This document shows, one piece after another, positions 49,750 to 61,934 of a DNA stretch of 64,000 bases. The position numbers and the translations under genes are program-made. Position 1 is the first letter of the stretch. Each line of letters starts with the position of its first letter. Source of the DNA: Macrostomum lignano (lineage: Eukaryota); NCBI GenBank assembly GCA_002269645.1, contig NIVC01003503.1:30612-94611 (forward strand), in the 5' to 3' direction. Under the pieces are notes generated by a model that saw only the letters and a list, made by a program, of their open reading frames with translations, was not told the origin of the DNA and ran no database searches.

Positions 49750-51170
49750 ACTTCGCAAGAATAAAAAGAATAGAAAATCTGGCACTAACTGCTCATTATT
49801 GTGATGTTGCACTGGAAAAATCCAAACCTTTCCATCGTTGCCTTGTCGACCTGGCTGCACGCACTTTGGACAGGCAAATCGACCATTAAATTGCTTGATG
49901 TTGAGAACTGAAGCCATCACTGGTAGGTCGGCAACAAAAAAAATCAAAGTGCCGAATAATGACGCATTGTCGAAAGTTAAATGTCTTAGGCAAACCACTG
50001 ATGATTGCTGCAGTTCCGGCTTCGAGTGCAGGTTTGCCTTTGCTGTCGATAAGACCGAGGATAAGGACGTTAAGCGTTTTTTGACGTAGTATTGGCGGCA
50101 GATTTAGACAGACTGCTTGCAGAGGCCATATACTCAAATCTGAGGTCTTTACAAAAGCAGCACCATCGCAGGACATAATGAAATATAAATCCATGCACGA
50201 ATCGTCGCATAACCAAGATATGTTTAAAAAAATCAGAGTTTAAAATATCAGTCCTTCTTTGCCGCTTTAACAGCTCCGCATATCTGCGAATTTCGGATGT
50301 ATACCTCGTGAGCGTCAGTTCGAGTTGGTTTTCGATGTTTGATTGAAGAATAGAAAAAGACTCAAAGTCTTCAACAATGGCAGCTGACGCCAGATCTGGT
50401 GCAATAGACATGCAGGTCGTCTGTATAGACTTGGCGCTTTTTGGTATTTCATGACCATGCTTTCCTAACGCAGGTTCCATCCGTAACAGCTGATTTAACT
50501 TTTTGTCGGATGTTCCAGACCGTAACTGCCAATAATAGCAAAGAGCGGCAGCATCTCGCTTAGGAGTCAAGTATGTAATAAAATCTTCACTCCAGTCTGC
50601 GTTCTGAGATGAGTGCCCTTGAACAGCGATGCATGTGGCATCGTTTTGCAACCGTACAGTAGCCAATGGCGGCGTCAGAATTCGCTGACTCAGGCTTAAT
50701 TGCGACGCTTGCGAAAGGGTACTGACAGGAGTCTTTACAGAGAGGGCATCATGACTCGGGACAGTATCAATTGAGTCTTGATCGGATTCCATTAGAAGAC
50801 GCCCAGTTATGCTGAAATTAAAAAATTGCAGAATACCAATTGACGGAGTGTTTCCAGTTAAAAATATTACAATAAATTGGAGAATGACAAGTAATTTACT
50901 ACTATACAACAGGTTTAGCGAACCGAGCTAAGGTGGCTTGAAATAATGAAGGTGCAAAAAGCTGGTATCGATAGCTTCGGAAGATGGAGCCAGTTATCTT
51001 GTGGGAGGTAAGATGCTGGGGTAAATGCTTTAGTAAAAAATCATACAACAGTTCGAAAAACTGTATTATAACCTTGCAACATAGTGCAGTATATTTTGCA
51101 AGAAAAAACAAAGCAATTAAACGACAAAAAACGCTAACACAAAGCTCAAACATTTTTGCTGCCAATATTT
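49750..51170 (-). pseudogene. Degenerate EnSpm/CACTA-like (CMC) transposase
   Basis: MSCDGAAFVKTSDLSIWPLQAVCLNLPPILR, VADLPVMASVLNIKQFNGRFACPKC; several frameshifts; C-terminus replaced by the LTR junction. Confidence 0.75.
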
Positions 51171-53824
51171 GAATAACGGAAGATTATAAAGCTAAAATAC
51201 ACAAACGAAAAACAAAACTGGTAAATACAACAAAAAAATATTGGTTAAAACTTACGTCTCGTCGGGGACTTGCAGTTCAACAGCGCGAACTAAGATAATA
51301 AAAACAACTAACACGAAAAGAATCGCAGAATCTCTGGCTCTATCCAGATAATTTAATTGTGATTACTTTAAGTAAAGTTTGTGTTAAGGTTTGCTTTGAT
51401 TTTATTAGAATGGTAAAAGGGAAATGCAACTCAGACAATGATTAAGGGACGCCGCTTGCCTTAGTGTGTTATTGAAGCCATTAAGGGTTGCTTTTTGAAA
51501 TTTTAATTATTGTATTTGAAGTGATTCTTTCCTGATTTTATATAGTCGCTTTGTGTCTAATAACATGGAAAATACAGTTCAAAGTATGACTTCATCGTTG
51601 TACTGCTGCAATTTTTGAATAAATCGCTCGAATCGTGCGGTCTTGTTTGTTGAATTGGTCGGCTATATTTTTTCTAGCTTGCAAAATCTTGCTTCAAAAG
51701 TCGTATGATCGACTACCAGACTAGTAGTACTTGGGTGCACTTCGCGGTGCTCACTAATTGCACTAGAACCGTCTAACTGCTCTAAGGGCTATGGGCACCC
51801 TGGTGTAATGCCTTTATAAAACTGTAACCAGTGGGGAGGCAATTCTGCCCATTCTGCTGACTTCTGAGCATACACAGGCACATGGATATGTACATAGGCA
51901 ACGGTCACACAGAGGTAAACATCTGCTCTGACTTTCTCATTGTCAGGCACTATATATTCTCTGTGCCTTGGGACTTGTCCCTCATGGGTGTCAATCACAC
52001 TACAAGCCCTTGGGCCTGTTTTGGTCCATTTTAGTCTATTCCATATGTTTCAGTAAATGTACAGACCTGCTTGTCATAATACTAATGTATGAAAAGAGAT
52101 AGGTAAAAAGGTTACATTTTTATTGAGGAGATTTTTATTATCCTACAGAGTATTAAGAAACAAGCAAGGAGTTTGTGGCTCTATTATATATAGAAAAATA
52201 TAGCTATATTGTCTAACTAAAAAAACAATTTCCTTTGCCTCCTGCTTAGCAGTGAATAACTTCTTTAGAACTCACTAAATACTTTGCTGCCAGTTTGCTA
52301 ATGACTTGACTTTGGGCATCAGCATTAGTAAGCTTGTGTTAATTCTTTATGTCTATACAAAAAATGCTCATGCCAAAGTGCACGTGAACATTTTGAACAT
52401 TATGACCTAATACCTAATAGAATAAACCAGAATGCTCAAATTTTTCATACATATTTTTCCTATGTGTACAGATGGAAATTATATGCCAAAATTTTTCTTC
52501 ACTCATTTTCATGCCAGAATTTTTCTGGGCCAAAGACACCTTGTTGACTTGACTATGGCTATTATATAGTCTATTAAGTCAGGTAAAATCCAAAATAGCT
52601 ATAATTTTAGTTTTTGGAGTATGGAATTTAAACAGTATTTAAAACATAAAAGGTAGGATAAGACAAAGGAACAAGTGTAGAGCAAAAGGGAGTTCTTTAG
52701 GAATTCAATATAGTATACCGTTTTTTGGTAATTAAGGTAATATTAATAATAAATTAAGTGCCAAGTATATAAATAAAAATAATGCATTATTGTAATAATA
52801 AAACAAATAAGAAATCTTAATAATTGTCCTCTGTCTTGTTTTTGTAAATTTTCATTTGAGAGTTAGGAGTTAAGTAGCAAATCCTTTGCATTTTATATAG
52901 CAAAAAATAAATGAACTTAGCTAATGTACACATTAAACACGAACTGATTGCATTTATAATATCTAGCTATAAGCCCAATTAAAAGTAAATTTAATAGCAT
53001 ACTGACATACAAAGGGTGACGGAAATATACCAAGAACAAAGAATATATAACTTTTGATCTATGGGGTTCTTCTGCAGAAATAATCTGGTTAATAAAAAAA
53101 TCAAAATTCTGTGGCAGTAGTAGTATATAGAGCGCAGTTAGTAAGGTGATAGGCAATCGATATATATTGATAGGCCACGTGATAGACTATTGGTGCCTAC
53201 ATCATTGGGTGGCACCACGATGACTGACTATTTTATTCGTCTCCTGCCTTTTCAACTATAGCCCATGCAATGCACGTTCAACAAGAGTCCAGGCGCTAAA
53301 CATTTAAAGAACCATCCGCGTTTTAATTACACCGCTTTGCTTTATAACTACTTTAACAAAGATGGAAGTAAGCTGCGTCAGAAGTTTATGTGGATGCAGA
53401 TTGCATCGCGTTATCACAAGAAATGATTTTTTCGTACTTTTAAAATCATTAATTGTAGTTAAACAATTACTTGTGACTAAATTTTAGTCGCATTCCTTCT
53501 ACAGTGTCTTCTCTCGAAAGCACACAGTTCTTGATTCAATGTGGCTTCAAATGAGTTCACTTGATTTTTATATCCTCATTTTTTATTTAATGTTAATTGA
53601 GCGGCGAGAGAACCGATTGGCTGCAAAATATTTTTGGTATAGTAAGAGATGCATTTCTATTTGAAGTTTAAAAGTTTAAGAAAGATATTCATTATACTTA
53701 ATTTAGGAATTATGCGATCACTTGCTGCCGCTTATCTATGCTACTTAAAGTAACATAGTTGACAAATTTCTGATTCTCTAATGTGAAAACGCGTGATATT
53801 TCCATGAAATCACGCCCGAATAAC

Positions 53825-53990
53825 AATTTAACGTCCCGCGGACGTCCGCCCAAACGTCCTGAATGGTCTAAACAAGACGTCTAGGAACGTCTCTGTGGGA
53901 TAGTAACAGTACACTAAAATGGACGTTTACACAACGTCTGATTTTGACGTTATTAGACGTTCTTTTGAGACGCTCGATGACGTTGAAGTT
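53825..53990. repeat. Clustered (A/G)ACGT subterminal-type repeats, probable CACTA-like ends
   Basis: Multiple AACGT/GACGT; ...CTCTGTGGGA followed by CACTAAAATGGACG; lies between the two transposase loci. Confidence 0.4.
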
Positions 53991-54377
53991 TCTGCTCATA
54001 GATATATATCAGTTCCTTTTTTGCCAGCATAAACCATGTTGCCTTGTAGAAATAAATAAGTCGAAGTAAAAACAACAGTTCATTTCTTTCCAAAAGCATA
54101 CATTGCATTCGAGCTAGGCCTCATGCAAGAGCTAGATCTATTGTTACCAACCAATTAAACTAATCCAGTTAATGTTCCGATCTTACACTGACTAAAGCAA
54201 TATTAAATTGGGATTAAATGGCTGGCAGCAATCAGAAAATGAAATGACAACACAGAACGCGATAAAACAGAACAGCATTGGGATTAAATGGTAGGCAGCA
54301 ATCGGAACGACGTTGACATTTTAAGACTAAATGATTTAGTTTGTAAAAAGTCGACGAAACTAAAATGCAAGACAATA

Positions 54378-56715
54378 TTAATCGCTGAACTCGCCCTCCT
54401 TAAAATCATCAGGCAGCTCGCTTGCTGGAGATGGAAGTAATGGAACTGATGGAAGTTGCCCGTTGTCATTGTCCTTGGACTTGTCATTTCCTCCGAAATA
54501 TTTAACGATTTCGCCGACGAATCCGGACAATTTCTGCTTTCCAGTCTGCGAGGACAATAGCTTGCTGGCGGCTAGACTGTCTGAGAACGAAAAATTGGGC
54601 GAACTTAGAATTTAACTTTTTGAATAATGCTGCTTATAAGCCATTTGGAAGTGAAACAACGTACCGCATATAGCTTTGGTCACTAATTTAGGCACAGCTG
54701 TCTTTCCTTTTCTCCTCGGAACGGAAAAAGCGGACCAAACCGAGAGTGGAGCGAGTTTTTCGAAGAAATCCCTCACCGTTCGTCTAGCGTCAGAACAATG
54801 GCATTGCTTGGCAAGAACGTCCTACAACAGGTGTTAAAAAAGTAATAAGTACTTTGTACTTGCGTAAAAAGTAATGAGATACCAGCAAAATTGAGTAATG
54901 TCAAATACTTGAAACATTTATTACAAATTTACCAATTCAGCTTGGACGCCTTCATTTTCTTGCAGAAGCACTGCAAATTGAAGAATTTCGTCCTTCGTTT
55001 TGATGGGCAATAATGGCGTCAAATTTGGCAGCAACTGAGCCTTCTTCTTGGTCATCTTGGTCATCTGCTCCATGATGGCAGTCTGTTTCTTTTCCATATC
55101 ATCAAGTCGCATAAACAGCAGATTAAACCACCCTGTATAAAGAAAAAAGTGTTTATAAAGTGTTCAGCTTTAGGTTAAAGCTTGAAGTAAAAACGATGGC
55201 TTACTTTGGACACAGGGACAGTGACACGAATGCTCATTGTCAAGCTGGATCCGTCTGTTGCCGTTGACTGCTCGGTCTCGCTGCGTATGGGACCGAAGGC
55301 TGTTGCCTTCTCGATCTCGCTGCGCATCCGACCGCCTGATGTCGCCCTCTCGGTCTCGCTGCGCATCCGACCGCCTGATGTCGCCCTCTCGGTCTCGCTG
55401 CGCATCCGACCGCCTGATGGCGCCCTCTCGGTCTCGCTGCGCATCCGACCACCTGATGTCGCCCTCTCGGTCTCGCTGCGCATCAGACCGCCTGATGTCG
55501 CCCTCTCGGTCTCGCTGCGTATAGGTCGGACCGAAGGCTGTCGCCCTCTCGGTCTCGCTGCGCATCCGACCGCCTGATGTCGCCCTCTCGGTCTTGCTGC
55601 GCATCCGACCGCCTGATGTCGCCCTCTCGGTCTCGCTGCGCATCCGACCGCCTGATGTCGCCCTCTCGGTCTCGCTGCGCATCGGACCGAAGGCTGTCGC
55701 CCTCTCGGTCTCGCTGCGCATCCGACCGCCTGATGTCGCCCTCTCAGTCTCGCTGCGTATCGGACCGAAGGCTGTCGCCCTCTCAGTCTCGCTGCGTATC
55801 GGACCGAAGGCTGTCGCCCTCTCGGTCTCGCTGCGTATCGGACCGAAGGCTGTCGCCCTCTCGGTCTCGCTGCGTATCGGACAGAAGGCTGTCGCCTTCT
55901 CGGTCTCGCTGCGCATCCGACCGCCTGATGTCGCCTTCTCGGTCTCGCTGCGCATCCGACCGCCTGATGTCGCCCTCTCGGTCTCGCTGCGCATCCGACC
56001 GCCTGATGTCGCCCTCTCGGTCTCGCTGCGTATCGGACCGAAGGCTGTCGCCCTCTCGGTCTCGCTGCGTATCGGACCGAAGGCTGTCGCCTTCTCGATC
56101 TCGCTGCGCATCCGACCGCCTGATGTCGCCCTCTCGGTCTCGCTGCGCATCAGACCGCCTGATGTCGCCCTCTCGGTCTCGCTGCGCATCAGACCGCCTG
56201 ATGTTTTCTTCAAGAATTGTATTCAGAGGAGTCTGGCTGGCTGGGCTGGAAGTGAAAATCTTGACAGGCTCGCGCCGAGACACTGCTTCTGCTTCTGGTC
56301 ATTGGTTTTCTTTTGCATTTTTGGGTCTGGCAGTAAAGGCTCGTCTAAAAACAGCTAAGTCTTTGTTCTCCCTCGCTTTCCAAAATCACTGTCTGATAAT
56401 GACGCGCGTTGCTCATACTTTCGTGACAAATATTCCAGCCTGTCGTAAGAGTCTGAAGTAGAAAAGATACTAGAATAAAAATATTTATGTAAAGATTTAA
56501 ACAAAAAAAGATTTGCATAAAAATACCTTGAGCCGCTAGGACCTTAACATTGTACCGCGGCCAATCATCTTCAGCAACTGTCTGAGTTCGACTAATTGTG
56601 CGAAACCGAGAATATTGAGAAGGTGGGGGGAATGCAGCAGTGTGGTCACCATGCAACCAGATATATGGGATGACAGCTGTTGTTAGATCTCCAAAAACTC
56701 GATTAGGGAAAACAT
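54378..56715 (-). pseudogene. Spliced DUF4806-like accessory gene of the EnSpm-like element
   Basis: MFSLIEF/..AVIPYIWL..AFPP...WPRYNVKVL N-terminus; phase-compatible joins CVQR|WFNLL, QAEL|DVLAK, AICD|SLAAS; LPIKTKDEI...RKGKTA C-terminal region; indels and stops in exons 1-2. Family assignment is from memory. Confidence 0.55.
55255..56205. repeat. 39-bp minisatellite (two unit variants) inside an exon
   Basis: Unit GATGTCGCCCTCTCGGTCTCGCTGCGCATCCGACCGCCT. Confidence 0.95.
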
Positions 56716-56797
56716 CTGGAAATTGAAAATTTCATTTGTTTATAATATGACATGATATATGGCGTAAATCAGAAAACTGTGACCTAGGTTAGCGAAC

Positions 56798-58423
56798 CTA
56801 GATGGTATGCAAAAGGGTGACAGCATAGCTGTCCCTTGATTCTTGGCCTGCTGGCAGCACCATAAACTTCGATTTAACAGCCCCAGCATTGCAAGTTTTG
56901 AAACTTCGGTCCAGGCGTCTTAGACGATAGATACCAATTTCTGATGATCGGATGGGCTTCTCATAATAAGGACACACTTCCTTGAATTCTTGGTACACTA
57001 ACAGACAAGAAGAATCTCGAGTGTCGCGAAGAATATTGGCAAGCTTGCAAACTTTCATCCTACCACTAACAACAATAGAAAAATAAGAGTCGCGCTGCCT
57101 AAGTGCAAGCTGGATCTCTGAACTTATTTGAATTTTCTTAAACTGCATAAAGCCTGCATAGTCTGGAGGAACAGGTGCAATGCTCGAAAAGTGTTCTGAA
57201 AATGCACATCGAGCCTTTAACTTGGATATACGAATGTTCCTGTGCTGACCTAGACATGGCCCCTGCTCCTCGACTCGATTTGCTAACTGTTGAAGAGGAA
57301 GATTAGCAGATCGGATGCTCCGCTTGACAAACCGACTAAAGTTTTCGAACTGGAAGGCTGAGAATTGTTCAATATCACCATGTGCAATTAAATCTTCAAC
57401 GAGGTGCTGAAGACCATGAACAGTTGGTGTGAATAGGCTTGCACCCAAAAGTTCTTGCCCAAGCTTATAAAATGCCTTCACAAACTGTTGAAGTAGGGAA
57501 TGTTGATTGTTGACTATTCGTGGACAGTTCAGAAGAATACAGATGAGATGCAAGCAAAGAAATAAGTCAGTTGCTTCTTCCTTAGGCACATATTTTGGTA
57601 GCACAAGAGGGATAAGATACAAGCAGAATTGACGCAGCTCAGTTGCTTTCCATGAGTTGACATGTGCAATAGATTTTGGCTTGCGTTGAAAATCTGATGG
57701 TGTTAACTTCCCAATATCTTTAAGCCACTCATTGATCTGCAGCTTATTTTTTGGACTAATGCGGAACTTAGCAGGTCCAGAGTTAAGATTTCCAAGCAAC
57801 CTTTGTGCAACACCTTTGTAGAGAACATGTATTGAATCACTAGGAAAACTTCTAACCATGTCCACAGCAATCTGTTCAAAAGATGATGATGTTGCCTTAT
57901 GATGCTCAGTTTGTAAACGCAAACGAAATGAATCTTTAGTCCGCCGAACTGCATTCGTTTCAGGAAAAACAACCATTCGAGCTTGTTCATCAAACACACC
58001 TTTGGTTGAACAATGATCACATGAATAATAGCCTGTATGACCAGCTGTATTCTTTACAAATTTTCTTGCAGGAAGGTCACATAAAATCCACTGAAGTGTA
58101 ACTGGCACTTTTTGCCTACATGGTACAAGCTGTAATCCTTGATTCTCAGCTAGTTCTTTCATCTTCAAGACAAATTCTAGCAAAAATTCATTAGAAGAAT
58201 CTGGCTTTCCTGGTCCATAGTGGGCACCAATAAGAAAAACACTACCAGGAAGCTTTTCCAAAGTGCCAAGAATTGTCCAAAAGCCAAACTGACTATTATA
58301 AATAGGCACACCATCAATATTAACCAGAATCTTGATATTATCAGTATTAACTAGTTGTTCACAAATCTCAGGAACATGAAAAGCCAAAAATACTAGACCT
58401 TTCTTTATACCATTCTCTCCCAT
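56798..58423 (-). CDS. EnSpm/CACTA-like (CMC) transposase, 541 aa, N-terminus probably missing
   Basis: NIDGVPIY, WTILG, LCDLPARKFVK..GHTGYYSCDHC, DSIHVLYKGV, FQRKPKSI..WKATELRQF, VHGLQHL, FSAFQFEN. Confidence 0.82.
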   Translation of the reverse strand: MGENGIKKGLVFLAFHVPEICEQLVNTDNIKILVNIDGVPIYNSQFGFWTILGTLEKLPGSVFLIGAHYGPGKPDSSNEFLLEFVLKMKELAENQGLQLVPCRQKVPVTLQWILCDLPARKFVKNTAGHTGYYSCDHCSTKGVFDEQARMVVFPETNAVRRTKDSFRLRLQTEHHKATSSSFEQIAVDMVRSFPSDSIHVLYKGVAQRLLGNLNSGPAKFRISPKNKLQINEWLKDIGKLTPSDFQRKPKSIAHVNSWKATELRQFCLYLIPLVLPKYVPKEEATDLFLCLHLICILLNCPRIVNNQHSLLQQFVKAFYKLGQELLGASLFTPTVHGLQHLVEDLIAHGDIEQFSAFQFENFSRFVKRSIRSANLPLQQLANRVEEQGPCLGQHRNIRISKLKARCAFSEHFSSIAPVPPDYAGFMQFKKIQISSEIQLALRQRDSYFSIVVSGRMKVCKLANILRDTRDSSCLLVYQEFKEVCPYYEKPIRSSEIGIYRLRRLDRSFKTCNAGAVKSKFMVLPAGQESRDSYAVTLLHTI

Positions 58424-58424
58424 T

Positions 58425-58600
58425 GTCTCTCATGTCTGCTCTCACATATTTCTCTTCTCTCTCCACTCGTCTCTATAATCTCTTCCCTCTCCTCTCTCCT
58501 CTCTCCTCTGTTCTAGCTCTACTGTCTCATTTCTCGTCTCTTCTTTCTCATCTCTCCTTTCTCCTCTTTCATCTCTTCTATCTGATCTCTTCTCTCTTCT
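58425..58600. repeat. CT-rich low-complexity tract
   Basis: Pyrimidine tract abutting the transposase ORF start. Confidence 0.8.
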
Positions 58601-58704
58601 GTTTGTATCAGACTTGTATCTGTACATGTATTTAGAGGTTCGGCCTTTTTTGACGAGATTTCAGAATTGTCAGACTTTGATTGAAGCCTTGCGTTTCTTG
58701 GATA

Positions 58705-60001
58705 CGAAAGTTTTTGCGTTCGACCACTTTCAGCTTTCGCCAGAGCTAAACCCCCTCACATCTGTTCAAAGTAGTTGCCCTGCGCGCACACACACTTTCG
58801 CATTCGCTCAAACCACTGCTCAAAGGCCGCAGCCCAGTCCTGTTTTGTCAGTGCATCCACACCGTCCCTGTACGCACGAATCGCGTCCTCAACCGTGGGA
58901 AATCTCTGTCCACGAAGCCCGGCCTTCACCTTCGGAAACAGAAAAAAAATCACACGGAGCCAGGTCGGGCGAGTAGGGCGGGTGTCCGACCACGGAAACA
59001 TGATTTTCGGCCAAGAACGTGATGGTTCGCTGCGCCGTGTGCGAACTCGCGTTGTCGTGGTGCAGGCGAAGGCCGCGGATTCCGCGTTTGGGACGCCGCT
59101 CCTGCCACGCCTGCAGCACCTGCGGCAGGCAGACTGTGACGTACCACTCCGCCGTCACTGTTCGCTGCCCGTCCAGCACCACAGTCGCCACGTGGCCTGA
59201 TCTGCCGAAGAAGCTGGCGACCATGGCTTTGCCGACGCTCCTGGAGCGGCGAACCTTCGTTGGTGACTCCTCGCCAAAGAAGCACCACACCGACGACTGG
59301 CGCTTCGTCTCGGGGTCGTGCTGGAACACCCAGGTTTCGTCGCCCGTCACGACGTCGAAAACACCACGTGCGGCGCCGTCCTGGAAGTCAGCGAGCATCT
59401 GGCGGCACCACCGCACGCGTTCATCCTTCTGCTGCTGCGTCAGCAAATGCGGCACCCAACGAGTGCACAGTCGCCGTACGCCAAGGTGTTCGTGCAAAAT
59501 CTTCTGCACTTGCCCGGATCCAATGCCCAGCTACTGCTCCAATTGCACGTGGGTCACACGCCGATCCTCTTCGATCAGGCTGCGTGCCAGCTCGACGTTT
59601 TCTCCAGTCGTTGCTGTCGCAGGACGTCCTTCTCGGTCGTCGTCGTCCAGGCTGCACCGTCCAGCCCGAAGGTCGCGGTACCAGTTCTGGATGGTGCGGA
59701 TCGAAGGCGCAGAATCTCCCAGAGCTGCCTGCATCTTCTCGTGGCATTGCTGCGTCGTGAGGCCGCGCTTGAAGTTGTAGAAAATTATGGCGCGGATGTC
59801 GCGCCTCGACAGTTCGGCGGCCATGGCTGGCAGGCGGCTGAAAACTGAATTTCAATTGCAGATTGCGTTGCTTCTCTTAAAGCTGGGCACTTGAATTTTT
59901 ATATGCAAGTTGAAAACTTCTGGAATTAAGGTTTGGTGCAATTTTACGGCGCTGGCTTGCGGGGAAGTAGTCGAACGCAAAAACTTTCGGAGTGACCCTC
60001 G
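58705..60001 (-). mobile_element. Mariner (DD34D), 1297 bp, pseudogenised
   Basis: TA flanks; TIR CGAGGGTCACTCCGAAAGTTTTTGCGTTCGAC, left copy lacks 12 bp; transposase 59824-58756 with in-frame TAG at ~59531 and a frameshift in a T-run; WVPHLLT, GDETW, HHDNA, PYSPDLAPCD. Confidence 0.93.
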
Positions 60002-60359
60002 TATCAGTACTTGCTGAAAAATACATGCATCTCATATCTGTGCAAATTTGTCTCAGTGCATAAAGAGTACAAATGATATTTACATAAATAAATCTGAGGC
60101 TTCATGCTAAGTGCTGCATGCAAAATCACTATATTGAGTTATTTATTTACGAACCAAATTGTTATCATGGTTACCAACCATAGCAGTTAGCTAAAAATGT
60201 TAAAACTGAAAAAAAGATCGCAACGAAAAATAACGATATGGCTGATTTGAGGTGAGCTGTTTTATATAGATAGATTTCTATCTCCACGCAAGCCAGTCAG
60301 TTATTTAGACTGTATTTATATGACTTCCAATCGTATCGTATCAGTAAAGGCCAAGATTG

Positions 60360-60683
60360 AAAAAAAAGTTGCTCTAGGGTTGGCTTGAGTGTTACGATCC
60401 GTGAGGCATCACCACTAGGGGAGCAGTGTGAGGACTGTTTGACCATAAATTAACTCTTTGCTCATTCAAGCTTGAATTGACAGCAACCCCGCCTACCTTT
60501 TGTATTCAACTTAAACAACAGAAAAAAAGTTGCACTAGGGTTGGCTTGAATGTAACTATCCGTGAGGTACCACCACCACTAGGGGAGCAGTGTGAGGACT
60601 GTTTGACCATAAATTAACTCTGCTCATTCAAGCTTGAATTGAAAGCAACCCGCCTACCTTTTGTATTCAACTTAAACAACAGA
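60360..60683. repeat. Tandem duplication of a ~163-bp unit, 2 copies
   Basis: AAAAAAAGTTGC..TAGGGTTGGCTTGA...CAACTTAAACAACAG repeated with few differences. Confidence 0.9.
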
Positions 60684-60904
60684 ATACGGCTCGTATGTGA
60701 ACTGAATAGAAGTGGAAATAAAAAACTAAAAAAGCTGCATCAGTTGCCACCCATTCACGATATAATATAATATCATGCATAATGATGGGGATGGTGAGGT
60801 GATGATGAAATACGGAGGCAGAAGTGCACTAAGTCACACATACATGCAGTGACTAGCCCAAGTAAAGGCTGCTTGCTCTGTAAGTGCGACGCAATGAACC
60901 CCCC

Positions 60905-61934
60905 CCCATCCCAAATTTGAGCGTCGTTCCGTCGCACTTCAAGATTCGTCGGGTTGATAATAGTTTTCGCTGAGTTGTCGTCATGAAGACGAAGTGTCGC
61001 CCGTTTGTCTCAGGAACTGTCACATCCTGCAAATGAAACTGGGCAGGTACATGTCTAGGATCAACTTGGAAATGTACGTCAACAGGTTCCATAGGGCGAT
61101 CTTTTTTGCGTCTGTATTTGCATTGCGACTCAATGACTCAATACTAAGCACCTCCTGCACTTCAGGTGAAAATTCTCTTACCTTCTCCTCCGCGATAATT
61201 CTAGCAGAGGTAAACAACATGCGCTTTGCTCCCTCCTTTACCTCCTTTGCTGCCTTTCTCTTCTGAGCTGGCCGATCAACTGGATCGCACGTGTGCGGAG
61301 CAAGGGATTCTATGGTTCCATCAGCACGGCGGACTGCGGAGCCATGACAGTGCAGTGATAAACGCTTAGTGCAGCGATAGTATGTGTTGCCATTTCGCCG
61401 CGTTTTTTCATCCATCAGATGGCCAAGGTCTCGTTGGACATACTACACTAGAAGGTCTTTTCCGGGACTGCATCCTGCACCTGTAAGAATCTCAAAGGGC
61501 TGGGGAGGTGGGCTGCGAGGTGGTGCAAGCTCTGCTGGAGGAATTTGAATGGATTCTTCCAGAGCTGGATCAGGGTCATTGAAATCTGGATACTGGTAAA
61601 GAAAATTTTCTGCTTGTGCCGGAATCAAATGCACTGGTTCTGGATTTTCAGCAGGCAGAGGAACAGCCGCTGGTCCAGAATTCGGGGCTTGTACATGTAC
61701 CTCTGCAGCATCTGCAGCTTGAGACACTGCTAAGTTACCTGCAGGAGCCCGTCTATTGCATTGATTGCAAAGCCAAAAAAACTCACCGACATTTCTCATT
61801 GCAGAATACTCATCGATTGTGACGCAACTATCGCATGCACGGTGCTGCCAATTCAAGCATTGAGAACACTCAATTGCTTCTTGTCCTTCGCAAACTGGCT
61901 GCAGACAGACTACACATGGATATGCGCCTGCCAT
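60905..61934 (-). pseudogene. PHD-FLYWCH-MULE (Mutator-like) transposase, truncated
   Basis: PHD CVVC...IECSQCLNWQHRAC...WLCNQC; FLYWCH-like TYYRCTKR...CHGS...HTC; MULE N-terminus RHFVFMTTTQRKLL...CDGT, ending just after the first Asp; frameshifts. Confidence 0.75.

Noticed and set aside
49426-49998. 190-aa ORF joining transposase motifs to a novel tail
   Set aside because: Chance read-through across the transposase/LTR junction; the same tail appears at 42372-42686
51789-51998. 69-aa ORF with an upstream acceptor-like site
   Set aside because: No homology and no partner exons identified
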